In this document: positions 26,530-40,636 of the stretch, piece after piece
How positions within the stretch are numbered: the first letter of the stretch is position 1
Layout of the letters: each line of letters begins with the position of its first letter
From: Octopus bimaculoides
Taxonomy: Eukaryota
DNA: 64,000 nucleotides
Direction: 5' to 3'
Assembly: GCF_001194135.2 (NCBI RefSeq)
Contig: NC_069002.1
Location: 23,876,279 to 23,940,278, forward strand
The notes under the pieces: generated by a model
Seen by the model: the letters and a program-made list of their open reading frames with translations, nothing else
What the model was told of the DNA's origin: nothing
Databases searched by the model: none
Translations under genes and position numbers: made by a program

Positions 26530-26800
26530 GTCTGGTGGTGAGTCAGCTCCACTAGCCACGGTATTTGCTCCATTCCACTCGTGCTCTCACCATTCTCCTC
26601 CACATTGTTCTAAACATCTTTCTTAAATCATCTTCCCACCTGATTGGAGATCTTCTGAGTGGTCACTTCTGTTCATGCAGGTACCACTCAACAACTGCCC
26701 AGCTCCACCGATTGTCTGTGAATCTTGTGACATGACCAGCTCATTGCAGCTTTGCATGGTGGTATTCACTCAGTGGTTGGCCTGAAGAGCAACCATATCA
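26530..26800 (-). mobile_element. RTE-clade LINE 3' fragment
   Basis: KLQ*AGHVTRFTDNRWSWAVVEWYLHEQK*PLRRSPIRWEDDL. Confidence 0.75.
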
Positions 26801-27509
26801 AAACAACTTAGAGATGTCAATGATATATTAAAATTACAATAATCTGGGATAGTTATAACTGTCACTCCTAAAAAAAGTCTCAAAACTTCTGGAATGCAAT
26901 TCATGTGGGTTTGTATTGTACACAAATTTCTAGAATGAAAACCAATTTTTGATTTCCTTTCAACTTGTTCATATTACTAGTTATCTTTAAGTCTGTGGAT
27001 ATTTTACCAGATACTTGATTAATATTGTTTTAGCCAGGATTGACCAATTTAAACAAGAGAGAAAGTGCAGGAGAGAGACTATTTCTTTGTATAATATTCT
27101 CTACACATCAGACAGCATTAGCAGGTATTCTAGCAACAGATGTTTGGCAGTTTGATAACTTCTTAAAGATTAATTTCATTTTTTGTTCTTCACACCAAGG
27201 TAGATGAGTTGAAAAGATATTTGGCATTAGTAGCACATTCTGGCATTCTTGTCAGTGTTTAGTGTTCATCAGTATAACTTGATGTAATCTGAAGACCAAT
27301 TTTCTCAAGGAATATACCAAAATAGCAAATGTTGTCTTTTAATCATTTCATTATATTTATTACTGAAGCTCAAATAACTTCAAAGTTAAATTATTTAATT
27401 TGGCATTCAATTTGGCCTGTCTGGTTCAATTAACACCTGGACAGGTAGGAATAAGCAACTTTTCCTATGCCAGCATCTTACTTTCAACAACGGGTGTTTT
27501 GGGTAAGTT

Positions 27510-27900
27510 ACGCATAATATATTCTAAGTATGAAATAAGTAAAAGTGACAACTTCAATACTTGCATTTCTGTTTTAAACGTTCGGGAACAATGTGAAAGC
27601 AATGAGAAATTCTATATTTTGTGCTTTTCTTCTTTGTTCTCTGAATTATTTCCTGGGAGTATCTTTGACTTATGTGTTAGATGAAAGTTGCAGCTAACGA
27701 AATCATTAAAATAAAAAGCTTGGCATTATTTACCCATTCATATACCATCAGCAACAGCCACTTAAGTTTCACTTATTCACTTATCTTTAAAGTGAAAACC
27801 ATGTGTCTGGACGCACAGGTATGAGCAATAAAAGCAATGCTTTATGTTACCAGACAGTGCTGCTGCATCTACTTGTTACAGAGATGTACAACTGTCTTAA
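27510..27900 (+). repeat. Unclassified dispersed repeat, copy 1 (copy 2 at 30930-31335)
   Basis: Shared gtatgaaataagtaaaagt...gaattatttcctg...aatcattaaaat...cacttaagtttcact. Confidence 0.8.
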
Positions 27901-27979
27901 ACAGTAATCTTAGAAGTTACGTGTTCTTCAATTTTGTTTGGCCCATGCAAACATGGACGTTAAACCAATGACAATAATG

Positions 27980-28022
<43 letters not shown>

Positions 28023-29444
28023 GCATATATATGCCTACACACTCGTGTGTATATATATATATATATATACACATGAGTGTGTGGGCATATATATGCAAGT
28101 ATATATATATATACCTACATCCGTACACACACACACACATGTATGTATATATAATCTCCAGACATTATCTGTTTATATACACAATAGAACAGACATCATT
28201 ATTTGGTACAAGACTTATTCTTTCACATTTAATTAAATACATGAAGCATTTATATCAAGAAATGAAGCAACTGTATACATTGCAGGCCATAAAAGGTGAG
28301 TTTGGAACTACTCGAGTAAAAAAAAAATAAATAAAATTCTTCAAAGAAGAGGAAAGATTGTTGTAGCAACAGCAGTAGTAGTAATTTTCCCAGTGTATTT
28401 CTTAATAAATGAATCTGATGTATGTTATTATTTTTTACAACGATATTGTTCTAGCCTCAGCTTGTTTCAACTGTTTGTACTTGTGCAAGTAAAGTAGTTA
28501 GTGTAATAAACAGAATCAGTAAGAGCTAATGTGTCTAGTAAAGTGTCCTTTTGACTCCGTCACCCATTCACGCTGCCTTAATAACAGCTTTACTTCTTAA
28601 GAACGGTCTGTGGAATCACAAATAGAAAATAATGACATAAAATACTTCTTCATAATTTCTTCAATCTCCACATAACAGTCTCTCTTTTATTTCATCCTAT
28701 TGTTTGTTTTGTTTTGTTTTATTTTTATTTTACATCTAAGTTTGGTTTGGTTTGGTTAAAATTGATGTTTTTGTTGTCTTTTTTGGTCAGAAAAATTCCT
28801 TTTTTGCTTTGTTTTTCTTAAAACTTTTCTCGACAGTTTTCCATTGAACCATGGAAGATTAACATGGGGAAACCATAAAACAACCAGTTATTTATATAAA
28901 ATGATGGCCAAGAGACACTGGATTTACTCTGGCTTGAACTCTTGATCATATAATTATTTGTTTAAAATCATTATCACACAATTATTGGCACTGATTTATC
29001 TAGAAATGGTAAATTTGATCTACAGGTACCAATGTTTCCAAAGAATCTTTTGATTATCTGATATCTTAACTAGTACAATCAGGAGCGATATTTGACTATA
29101 TTTGACTATCATTAGTGCTAGACCCAGAGAAGAGATCCAGGAAGGGCCATAAGACTATTTAACAGAAGCCCCCCCCCCCCCACAAAATAATTAAAAGAAA
29201 TTCACCTGTTGAATTTTGAAATACTCTATCTTCCAGTAGGGCCTAAAAGCACTGGTTCTGCTTCATAAAATTAGGGTCTCTGAGTTATTGACTACTTAAA
29301 TAGAGTAAGGCAATGAGGAATCATATAAACATTTCCCTGTCATGCTAGAAATAGCAGTTAAATCTCCTTAGAATCAAAAAATTCACCCTATAAAAGCAAA
29401 TGACAATAGATAATTTACTTGCAGGTATTTTGATAAAATTGGAT

Positions 29445-29577
29445 GGATATTTGTCCTCATCTTGTTTGTTGTTAACACAACGTTTTGGCTGATATACCCT
29501 CCAGTCTTCATCAGGTGTCTTGGGGGAAATTTTGAACCTGAGTTCTCATTCCGAGTTCGATTCCAAGCAGTGACCTG

Positions 29578-29632
<55 letters not shown>

Positions 29633-29812
29633 TTGAAAAATACCTTAGGAATGAGAACCCAGATTCAAAATTTCCCCAAGACATCTGATGAATGCTGGAG
29701 GGTAGAGCAGCCCAAACATGTTATAACAACAACCAAGATGAGGACAAATATCTGTCAAATGTAAATAATGTAAATAATGTACATAATTCCTCATCTCTTA
29801 AATATAGAACAA
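29445..29812. mobile_element. PLE family-1 terminal unit, inverted pair, two degenerate hammerheads (29474-29519 minus; 29680-29722 plus)
   Basis: Same sequence as the 22640/23460 arms, arranged head-to-head, with a partial B-box and an (AAT)n spacer. Confidence 0.8.
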
Positions 29813-29884
29813 AATTGGATAGGTTCGGCTAATCCTAAATCTGCTTCGTCAGAGCTTGTCTCTAACTAAACAACATTATCAACA

Positions 29885-30240
29885 ATAATAATAATCCTTT
29901 CTATTATAGGCACAAGGCCTGAAATTTGGGTGGGGGGCAGTCAATTATACCAACCCTAGTACACAACTGGTACTTAATTTATCGACTCCCGAAAGGATGA
30001 AAGGAAAAGTTGACCTGGGCAGATTTTGAGCTCAGGTACTAACAAATCTACCGGCTCACCGCCTTAATAATAAGAATAGTGGTTTCAAATTTTAGTGCAA
30101 GGATGAGCAGTTTTGGACGAGGGTGCAAGTTGATTAAATTGACCCCAGTACTCAGTATTTTATCAACCCTGAAAGGATGACAGGCAAAGTTGTCCATGAC
30201 TGAATTTGAAATCAGAAAAGTCCACTAGGCATGTTTTTTG
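29885..30240 (-). mobile_element. Two SINE family C copies
   Basis: ggtacttaatttatcgactcccgaaaggatgaaagg, reverse complement of the core. Confidence 0.65.
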
Positions 30241-30271
30241 TAATGATTCTGCTTGCCTTAATGATTCTGTA

Positions 30272-30612
30272 ATGGAGTGGCTGTGTGGTAAGTAGTTTGC
30301 TTACCAACCACATGGTTCCGGGTTCAAAGCCTTGTGAGTGGATTTGGGAGACGGAAACTGAAAGAAGCCCATCGTATATATATGTATATATATGTGTGTG
30401 TGTGTGTTTGTGTGTCTGTGTTTTTCCCCCCACCATCGCTTGACAACCAATGCTGGTGGGTGTGTTTACGTTCCTGTAACTTAGCAGTTCGGCATAAGAG
30501 AACAATAGAATAAGTACTAGGCTTACAAAGAATAAGTCCTGGGGTCGATTTGCTCAACTAAAGGCGGTGCTCCAGCATGGCTGCAGTCAAATGACTGAAA
30601 CAAGTAAAAGAG
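30272..30612 (+). mobile_element. SINE family A with internal deletion
   Basis: The head jumps from gggttca to aagccttgtgag. Confidence 0.8.
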
Positions 30613-32389
30613 TAATAATATTAAGAATAACAATGATGCTAATGTGCAACAATAATAATAATAACATGCTAGAAATTGTATTTGAGGGAAAATAAACTAT
30701 TTCATAAGTTGCTTTTAATTTTGGGGTCATGATTATTTTTTCATCATTTGTGTCTCCATCTGCAGCACAAACACCATACATACCACTAGATACTACAGCA
30801 CAACCACCATGAATACACTACAACAGTACATTGCTCTACTCCACCACCACATATGAACCCTTCCAATCCCACTGTCATCACATATTAGCACTGTCATCAT
30901 CACCCCTCTCACCACCACCTCACCATTTATATATTCTTCGTATGAAATAAGTAAAAGTAACCATACAAATACTTGCAGTTCTGTTTGAAACATTTGTGAA
31001 CAATGTTAAAGAAATGAGAAATTCTACAATATTATGGGTTTTTTTTTTTCTTTGTTCTGTGAATTATTTCCTGAGAGAAACTTTAACTTATGTGTTAGAT
31101 AAAAGTTGTGGCTAATGAAATCATTAAAATCTAAAAGCAAGCATCGTTCAGTGGTTCGTATCCCATAAGCCATATGACACAGTGCTATGTTACTAGACAG
31201 TCACTTAAGTTTCACTAATTCACTTAGCTGTAAAATGATAGCAGGTGCATGGGTGTGCAGATTGACACAATTGCAGCAATGTTAACTTGCATTACTGCAT
31301 CTACTTATAACAAATGCACAACTGCCTAAAAAGTTTTACTATGAGAGTGTTAGATGTTCTTATCAGTATGGAGTTGGATAGGGGATTTCTTCAATTGCAG
31401 AAGATCATTGCTGGCTGTTTAACCGAAGGACTGATATTCTGGAAATAAGGTTATAATGTGACATACTTCCCCAACTTCACCATACGGCCTTTTGCCTGTC
31501 CAAAGTATTTTCATAAGTTTGTCCTAAACATCTAGGTTTCTTGTTTTTCAGGCTTTTAGTCAGCCCTTGTTTCATATGTTTTGAGTAATATAAAGCTTTC
31601 CTTTCACTGGTCTCAAGATATTGTAGTGATTGAAAAAATTTGGGAATTTGCATCGTATATGATGCACGGACACCTTGTATATTATATATCTTGTATATGG
31701 CTTGTATATCATATGTGATACACAGAACAGGCAATGGGTTAAATTTAAATACCCACCAAATTGGGAATGTGTATCTTATGTGATTATTAGATGTCAGGGA
31801 AATATGTCCCTGTGTAAGACATATGATACACAGGACAGGCAAACAGTTAACTGACCGTCATGAGCCAGTACTCGAACTGGTAGAAATAGCAGCCAAATCT
31901 CCCTCAATTATATCTTACTCTCCTAATGTAGGACAGTCAAAATTGATAGGCCTTTGGTGATAGAACTATTTGACCTGTCATCTCCATCATTACTATTGCT
32001 ATGTCCCCATCACCTTCAAGAACAAGCAATTAAAGGAACCTTTACTTGGTTGTTGATCCTACTACAAATAACAGTCAAATCTTCCTGAAATCGCATGCCA
32101 CCTTAAAAAAGGACACACTAAATAATATGGGTGTCTTCTTCGTTTTAACAATGTGGATTCATTGGTTTGATCAAATGAATTACCTTCCCTTGTTTAGCCT
32201 TTTAGTGACTGAGTATTCCTCAGACGTGAAAGGCAGGATCTGGTCAGTGTTAACATAAAACAGAATATTTGGTCCAGGTATGACCAGTTTAAATGCTAAA
32301 GAATGACATTATACACTGTGTGACTGCTACTTCTCTGAACTGAGAGGTCACAGCTCCAATCCATTTTATTAACTTTTGATGGTGTTGTT

Positions 32390-32655
32390 ATTTACATTAT
32401 TTACATTTGATGGATATTTGTCCTCATCTTGTTTTTTGTTAACACAATGTTTTGGCTGATATACCCTCTAGCCTTCATCAGGTGTCTTGGGGAAATTTCA
32501 AACCTGGGTTCTTATTCCCAAGACACCTGATGAAGGCAGGAGGGTATATCAGCTGAAACGTTGTGTTAACAACAAACAGGATGAGGACAAATATCTGTCA
32601 AATGTAAATAATGTAAGTAATGTACATAATTTCTCATCTCTTAAATATAGAACTG
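32390..32655. mobile_element. PLE family-1 terminal unit, inverted pair (hammerheads 32441-32486 minus; 32522-32567 plus)
   Basis: Two opposed copies of the hammerhead-bearing end joined at ...cttattcc|caagacacc. Confidence 0.8.
32522..32567 (+). ncRNA. Minimal hammerhead motif, family 1, core nucleotides intact
   Basis: gacac CUGAUGA a ggcag-gagggtatat-cagct GAAA C GUU gtgtt. Stem I is gacac/gtgtt and stem III is the ACGU palindrome. Confidence 0.7.
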
Positions 32656-32999
32656 TATGGTGTTGTTATCGTTAGAGGCTGTGGTGATGTATGTGGTTGT
32701 GGTCTGGTCATGTCTGAGTGGTGGAGGTAGTGGCAATGGTAGTAGCATTGATGACGGTTTTCGTGTGGTGATGATGCTGAATGTGTGGTGCTGCTCATCG
32801 AGGTTATGCTACATCATGTTCACTCTTTTAGCATCTTTCCACCATTATTTATACTAAAATTAGTTTCCATTTCCTGTGTTCTGGATGTTGTTACTGTTGT
32901 GGTTCCAGATGTTGATGTTGTTGTTGTTGTTGTTGATAATAGTACATGTTGATAGTAATGATGATGTTAATGATGTTCAGAATGATGTTTTTTTTTGTT

Positions 33000-33400
33000 G
33001 ATGTAGTGGTTGTTGGTTGATGTTGACAACACTGACAACAATGTGGCACCTGTTGTTGAAATTGACAATGGCATGATTAGTGTTGAAGACATTGACAATT
33101 ATGTGGTTGTTGTTGTTGTCGATGGCATTGACTATGTCATGGTTGGTGTTGACGGTATTGACAACTGTGTGACTTGTTGTCATTGGCAACAGCATGATCA
33201 GTGTGGATAACATTGACAACAGTATTGTCGGTGTGGATAACATTGGCAGCTATGTGCCTGTTGTTGGCATTTACAATGACATGGTTGATGCTGACGGCAT
33301 TTGCAACTATGTGGTGGCTGTTGTTGACAATGACATGGTTGGTGCTGACGGCATTGATTGCTTTGTATCTGTTGTTGTCAGGAATTCTTCAAATCAGAAA
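33000..33400. repeat. Degenerate minisatellite (gttgacggcattgacaactatgtg-type)
   Basis: Recurring attgacaac, gacggcatt and atggttggtg motifs. Confidence 0.7.
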
Positions 33401-35166
33401 ACGATAGAAAACGTAGATTCAGCTGTGGTAATTATGGTGACAGTCTCTGTTGTTGTTGTAATTGTTGTGGTGGTGGTGATGTGGGTGGTAGTCGTGTTGG
33501 CTGTAGTGGTATAGTTGAAGGAAATATTGATAGTATTTTCTGCAGGTGCCACTGATTAGAGAATGGCAGATTTTAATTTGTGTCTTGTATTCAGTGTCAT
33601 ATCATTTGATGTGGAATGAAGTGGTGTAAGTGGGGGGGGGGGCATTGAAAAGAAAGAGAGAAGGAAGGACAGAGGAAACACAACAGTGAACCTTTTCAAC
33701 ATGTCCTCTATTTCCAAGCGATGCTTTGGCAGCTTATGTAATAAACTTTACACAGCTGGTTGTTGTTGTTGTTGTTGTTGCTGATGTTATTCTTCAGATA
33801 GGAAGTGATTAGAGATGTTGGGGTAATTCAAAAGAAAATTTTTAAGTAGATTGCAGCAGGTGATGGCCATGTTGTATGTGTGTGTGTGCGTTTGTGTGTG
33901 TGTGTGTGTGTGTTATAAGCATCTCTATGGGTGGTGAGAGGGGGGGAAGGAAGGGGAGAGAAAGAAGACAAGAAAGATGTATTTATTGTTCATGGGGAAC
34001 ATAATCAGGACATCACATTCTCTTACTCAGAAGATCTCATGCAAAGTAGCAGAAATGAGAATCTTGGCCTACCTGCTTACACACACACACGCACGCATGC
34101 ACGCACGCACACACGCACACAAGCACGCACGCACGCACGCACAGAGGATGTGCTCCCATACAGTTTTCATCTTCCAGTTCCACTCACAAGACATTGGTCA
34201 GCCCTGTCCCAAAATATCCTACTGTCAGACTGACCCAAAAAGCCTGTGGTTACGATGTTAACTAAATCATACAGCCATGCCTCTGTGTGTGTGTGTGTAT
34301 GTGTGTGTGTGTGTGTACCAGAAGACTTGAACTGTGACAACTTGACCATTCCATACCAACTTGGAAAAGTGGAAGTAAAATATGATTCTATATCATCGTC
34401 ACATTTTAATGTCCATCTTCCATGCTGGCATTGGTTGGATGGTGGTCAACTAGAATCTGATGAGCCAAAGAATCAGGTTGTGTTCCAATGTCACCTTCAA
34501 TATGATTTCAAGAGCTGGATGCCCTTCGTCAGACCAACCAGTTTACAGTGTGCACTGGGTGCTATTAGGTCCTCTTCCCATGTCACCAGTAGTAATGAGG
34601 ATGACAAGTAACTTGAAAGACAAGCCCTTCCCAACAGAGGTGGGATGCAGTATTGAGGGAGGTGGCTTTGTGCCAGGTATTGAGGGGTTAATGTATGATA
34701 GAGGATAGAGGAACAGGTGTGTTGTTGTAGTGGAGATACATGCTTACTCTATCTGTTAAAATAGAAAGGTGGTGGTAAGAGGTCAGGGTACATGAGGGTG
34801 AATATGAGAGAGAATAGGAACAGAGAATCAAGGCTGGTTCATTGGATGGATAGGTTCAGAAGTGTGTGAAAGGAAAGTAACAGAATGTTAGAGATGAGGA
34901 CAGAGGAGAATGCAAGGGATGAGGAAACATGGAATGGAAGCAGAGTCTGTGGGAAATCTTGGTTTAGAGGAAGGTAAAAAGTATAGAAGAGTGGGTGGGA
35001 GAAGATGAGGTAATAGATGGCAATACATGAAAAATATATATAAATGTATATAATTTTAAGAAACATATTAAAGACTCAGGGTATTAAGGATTCTGTCAGC
35101 TTTTAAAAAAATATTGTCATATGGTATTTTTTCTTAGTTCATCCATATAGAACACTAGATTAAGAT

Positions 35167-35211
<45 letters not shown>

Positions 35212-36634
35212 GCATGCATGCATGTATGTATATTGCATTAAGATTATGCAGTGTTACTACTCAGAGTAATCTTAGCAACAGAATAAATATTTACATTTTA
35301 CTATTTTTCCTTCCCTTTGTGAACTCAAACATACATATACATACATATATACATGCACCCCCACTAATACATATATATTTATATTTATGTATATATTTAT
35401 ATATATGCTGTGATGGTCTATGAAAAGGCTTTAACAAATCATAAAAATCCTGCTTTAATGCAAAGAGTAAAAAAAAAAAAAAAAGACAATGCAGCCAAAA
35501 AAGTAAATAATAACAAAAAATTTTTTTTTAAAAACTCAACAGAAAATTGCAAACTACTCCCTCAATATAAAGTATTTTCTGGAAAAAGAAATTGGCAAAA
35601 AAAGTATTAAAAAATATATTTAAATGTAAATTGATAAATGAATTTAATCCAAAATTGTTTTTTTCCTGGTTAGAAAGCATCACAGATTTTTTTTTTTTCT
35701 TTCATTCTTTCGAAATGCATTCTAAAATGATAACAATGACAATAGTGCTGCTGCTGCTGATGATGATGCTTTGCATTGTAATGTATTGCGAAGAATTTCA
35801 GGCAAAATGCACAGGTAAAAGAAAAAAGTAAAAAGTATTTGAAGAAATTTCCCAATAATTGCACGTAAGAAGCCAAGCCACTCCCACCCCTCACTACCTC
35901 CCCTCAATGTATATGGGTAGAAAGAAAGAAAGAAACTACATGAATTATGGTATTGGATTCTGCAAGTAGGCAAGATGACATCAATATCTTCTTTAATTGA
36001 AAAAGAATATATGTAATATATAACATACACAACAAAATTATACACACACACGCACATACACACATTCACACACGCGCATGTGGGTAAGTGGGTTTAAAGA
36101 TGTATATGATTCTGTTTAAATATATCTGTATATACGTATGTGTGTGCGTGTGTTTACATAAATTTAAGTGTGTATGTATATATAATTGTATGTGTTTGTG
36201 TGTGTATATATATGTATGCATATTTGTGTTTATATGTGTCTACCTGTATGTATATATGTATATATTTGTATGTGTCCTTATATATGCATGTATTTATATG
36301 TATGCTATATAATTTACACACATTCAACGCATGTGCATATATATATTATATGTATGGATGTTATGTATATATATGTATGTATGTATGAACAAACCTATTG
36401 ATATGAATATAGGTATATTACTATGTGTGCATACATGTATGTGTATCTATGCAAATATATATATAGTTAAATATTAATAAATGCATACTTATGCCTATTA
36501 TAGTATCTCACACACACACATGGACAAAATCCATATGTGATTAATGAAGTAGCATTTGTATTTAGGAAGAGATGGCATAGAAACTTCAGTGTCTCTAATA
36601 CTGAGTGCAAGCAATGAATACACTCGGACACACC

Positions 36635-36681
<47 letters not shown>

Positions 36682-37984
36682 NNNNNNNNNNNNNNNNNNN
36701 NNNNNNNNNNNNNNNNNNNNNNNNNNNNNNNNNNNNNNNNNNNNNNNNNNNNNNNNNNNNNNNNNNNNNNNGAATGCACTGACATATATACATACACATT
36801 ATATATATATATCCATACACACACACACACACACAAATATAGTGTATACACACAATACATACACAATATATCCATACATACACACACAAATATAGTATAT
36901 ACATACACACACATAAAGTGTATGAATGTACAGACATACACATATTCATATAAAATTAGTGTACATTTAAACACATAAGAGGTGACCCTAGCCGGACACC
37001 TAATATGCTAGAAGGAGCAGTCAGAATCCAAACCACGGTTAGGGGTAATTTCGAGAGGAATGAAAAAAAAAAACATTTACCATATTTTGTTACTGGACCA
37101 TGGTTTTGAACTTTAATTAGCAAGTAAAATAATTTCCTAGGTAAAGCTCTCATCAGCGGGTTCGTCAGAGATTAATATATAATTATGAAGCAAAATAGCC
37201 CATGTCTCATCTTCATGTATTATAATTTTTCAAATCCACTGTGCAAGCACAGTTTTAGACACACACATATTGTGTATATAAAGAAGGTACTGCTTTTGGT
37301 GTGTGCTCTGTGGCACATTGCCAGAATATAAGAATTCAAATATTGTAAATGTGCCATAGTTTAGAGGAGAAACATCCACAGAATTGATGGAGGGTTGAAA
37401 TTGTTTTGGAGATACATCAGTGTTTTTTCCTTGGGTGATCTAATTAATATTAAGGGCTCAATGATGATTGAAGTAATTAGTATTAGAGGGGTTAGTAAAG
37501 TTCAATTAGATATTTCAGCGCACCTTGAAGCAAACCAGAGTAGCAAGCTGCAAGATTTAATATTCTAAAAACTGGAATAATGGGGCTTATCTGGCTGGTT
37601 CATATCTTTTGGGTATTCCAGGAAATATTACCATTAAAAGATCTGAGCTTTACCATTATCGAAATCATTGTAGGGCTTCTCAGCCAGAACATTAGATTCT
37701 TCGCATGAATGTTGTTCAGTAAATGATGCATCCTACATCATGCTTGCCTCGTACCCTCACAATCATGGAAACAAAAGGTTGAAATAATTCAACTAAATCT
37801 CATCTGTCGGTGATAACAAAAGAGCTTGTAAACAGTCAACTGATCTGCTAGAAATAGCAGTCAAATCATGCTCGACTATCTTAAAATGGAAATGATATGT
37901 TGGATAGTGTAACCATAGATGGAATGGTCAGGACTAGAATGTCTCTAATCAGGCCAGACCTGATTGAGCCCATCTTTGGCTAAA

Positions 37985-38160
37985 CAATAACACAGAGGGC
38001 TCCTATTCATCATGCAGATGTAGGCTCTATGAAGTTTGTGTAAAGGATAAGATGTTGCTGGAGAACCCCGGAACAGAAGGCATCTGTGAAGGCCAGAAGG
38101 AGATGATGGATATGGCTTTGACATTAAAGATACATTGGCCAATGTATGTAGGAGGTTGAA
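37985..38160 (+). mobile_element. Highly degenerate RTE fragment
   Basis: CRCRLYEVCVKDKML resembles the RTE GRLYxACVRxxML motif. A related copy lies on the minus strand at 38700-38830. Confidence 0.4.
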
Positions 38161-38699
38161 TTAAAGAAAAGTTAGTCACTTGACCATTTCTTTTCGGCAG
38201 GGTCTTTAAGAATTAGTTGAACAAATCAAGTAAGTTTTATTCATCATCATCATCGTTTTAATGTCTACTTTTCCATGCTTAGACTGAATTTGTCAAAGCA
38301 GATTTTTAACAACTGGATGCCCTTCCTGTCACCAGCCCTTACCTGTAATATCTCCCCATGACCAGACAGGTCTTCACAGAAGTTTTGAAATGATGGACAC
38401 TGCTTCTATGTCAGTGACACTCATTTACAACTTTTACATGATGCCAAGACAAAGTGGCACTAACACACGCACACACATATACACATGCAACTGGCTTGTT
38501 TCAATTTCTATCTACTGAATTTACTCATAAGGCTTTAGTTGGCCCTGGGTTATAGCAGCGGACACTTGCCTGAGACTCCATGCAACGGAACTGAGCCACA
38601 ACTGTATGGTTGAGAAGCAAACTTCTGAATCACAGCCATTTAGGTAAAGTTACCCAAAGGCCAGGTATTAGAGCAAGTGAAAGATGAAGTCAACAGACC

Positions 38700-38830
38700 A
38701 TGAACAACTACCATTCATCTTATGGAGATTTTCTCTCACCAATTTTGCTCATAGCATCACACCCTCTGCACAAACTTCGTAGAAATGACATCTGCACTGA
38801 GACTGAAAACCTCTGCTGTTTAGCTGCAAA
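38700..38830 (-). mobile_element. Highly degenerate RTE fragment
   Basis: RGFQSQCRCHFYEVCAEGVML. Confidence 0.4.
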
Positions 38831-39989
38831 TCAGATCTAACCTGATTGGAGGACATTCCAACCATGAACATGCCATCTATGACTGCATTGTCCAATCTTT
38901 TACTTGCTTCAGTCATTGAGCTGCAGCCATGCTGGGGCACCACCTTGAAGAGCTTCAGTCAAACAAATAGACCCACCCCCATTACAGAAGCTTTCTTTTT
39001 TATGCCTGGTCCTGATTTTATCAGTCTCTTGTCAAACTACTAAGTTACAGGAATATAAACAAACCAACACTGGTTGTCAAGCAGTGGAGGGTAACAAGCA
39101 CCAACATGGCTCTGATGAAACTATAAGGCATTACTCAGGCACTCCACCATGAGTCCACCACATCTTATAGTGGACACAGCTGTAAGCCAATGAAGTTTTA
39201 AAGCTCTCTTTTCTTATATCATCATTGTTTAATGTCCACCTTCCATGCTGGCATGGGTTGGACAATTTGACAGGAGCTGGCCAGTCAGAAGGCAGCACCA
39301 GACTTCTGTGTCTGTTTTGGCATAGTTTTCATGGTTGGATGCCCTTCCTAACACCAGCCACTCTGCAGAGTGGACTGAGTGCTTTTTATGTGGCACCAGC
39401 AAGTCTCCAAGTAACTTGCAAGACAAGGAATAGACACACAGAACAGGGTTCCAAATAGTCTCCATCTCTCATGTTCACTCAAAATGACACTGGTCAACCC
39501 AGGGTGACACTTGCCTAATGTGCCATTGTAGTGGGACTGAATATGTGCAAAGGAATATTCTTCAGACATACTTTAAAGGTGACTTAGCTGCTCTTTCTGA
39601 CATATCAAGTCAATTCTTACAACCTTTTACACTGTTACAAACAAATGATAATTTTAACTCTTTTAATCCTTGTCTTACAGTCATGTCATTATGCCTCTAG
39701 GACTGAGCCTTGGGTCACCCAGGGGTCAGAGACTAATATAAGTTACGTGTTACTGTGAATCAAGTGTCTTAAACTGTGCAGGTATGACCACGGAATGATC
39801 GAATGATATGTGCTGGGTGCAGAAGCAATATGTCTAGGGGAAGGTTTTGGTAGAAGTTACGATGCTAGGGTCTCATAAGATTCAGCCTCACAAACACAAC
39901 ATTGAATTACAATTTGACATAACTTCGCACTTAACCAACATTAACACTGCCTTCAAAATTGTGGGTGTATGCACATGTGTGTGTGTGTG

Positions 39990-40054
<65 letters not shown>

Positions 40055-40603
40055 NNNNNNNNNNNNNNNNNNNNNNNNNNNNNNNNNNNNNNNNNNNNNN
40101 NNNNNNNNNNNNNNNNNNNNNNNNNNNNNNNNNNNNNNNNNNNNNNNNNNNNNNNNNNNNNNNNNNNNNNNNNNNNNNNNNNNNNNNNNNNNNNNNNNNN
40201 NNNNNNNNNNNNNNNNNNNNNNNNNNNNNNNNNNNNNNNNNNNNNNNNNNNNNNNNNNNNNNNNNNNNNNNNNNNNNNNNNNNNNNNNNNNNNNNNNNNN
40301 NNNNNNNNNNNNNNNNNNNNNNNNNNNNNNNNNNNNNNNNNNNNNNNNNNNNNNNNNNNNNNNNNNNNNNNNNNNNNNNNNNNNNNNNNNNNNNNNNNNN
40401 NNNNNNNNNNNNNNNNNNNNNNNNNNNNNNNNNNNNNNNNNNNNNNNNNNNNNNNNNNNNNNNNNNNNNNNNNNNNNNNNNNNNNNNNNNNNNNNNNNNN
40501 NNNNNNNNNNNNNNNNNNNNNNNNNNNNNNNNNNNNNNNNNNNNNNNNNNNNNNNNNNNNNNNNNNNNNNNNNNNNNNNNNNNNNNNNNNNNNNNNNNNN
40601 NNN

Positions 40604-40636
<33 letters not shown>

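Noticed and set aside
29820-29865. Minus-strand CTGACGA...CCGAAC
   Set aside because: GAAC instead of GAAA, and stem II does not pair.
37120-37170. Minus-strand CTGATGA-GAGCTTTACCTAG-GAAA
   Set aside because: No stem II closing pair and no stem I partner.
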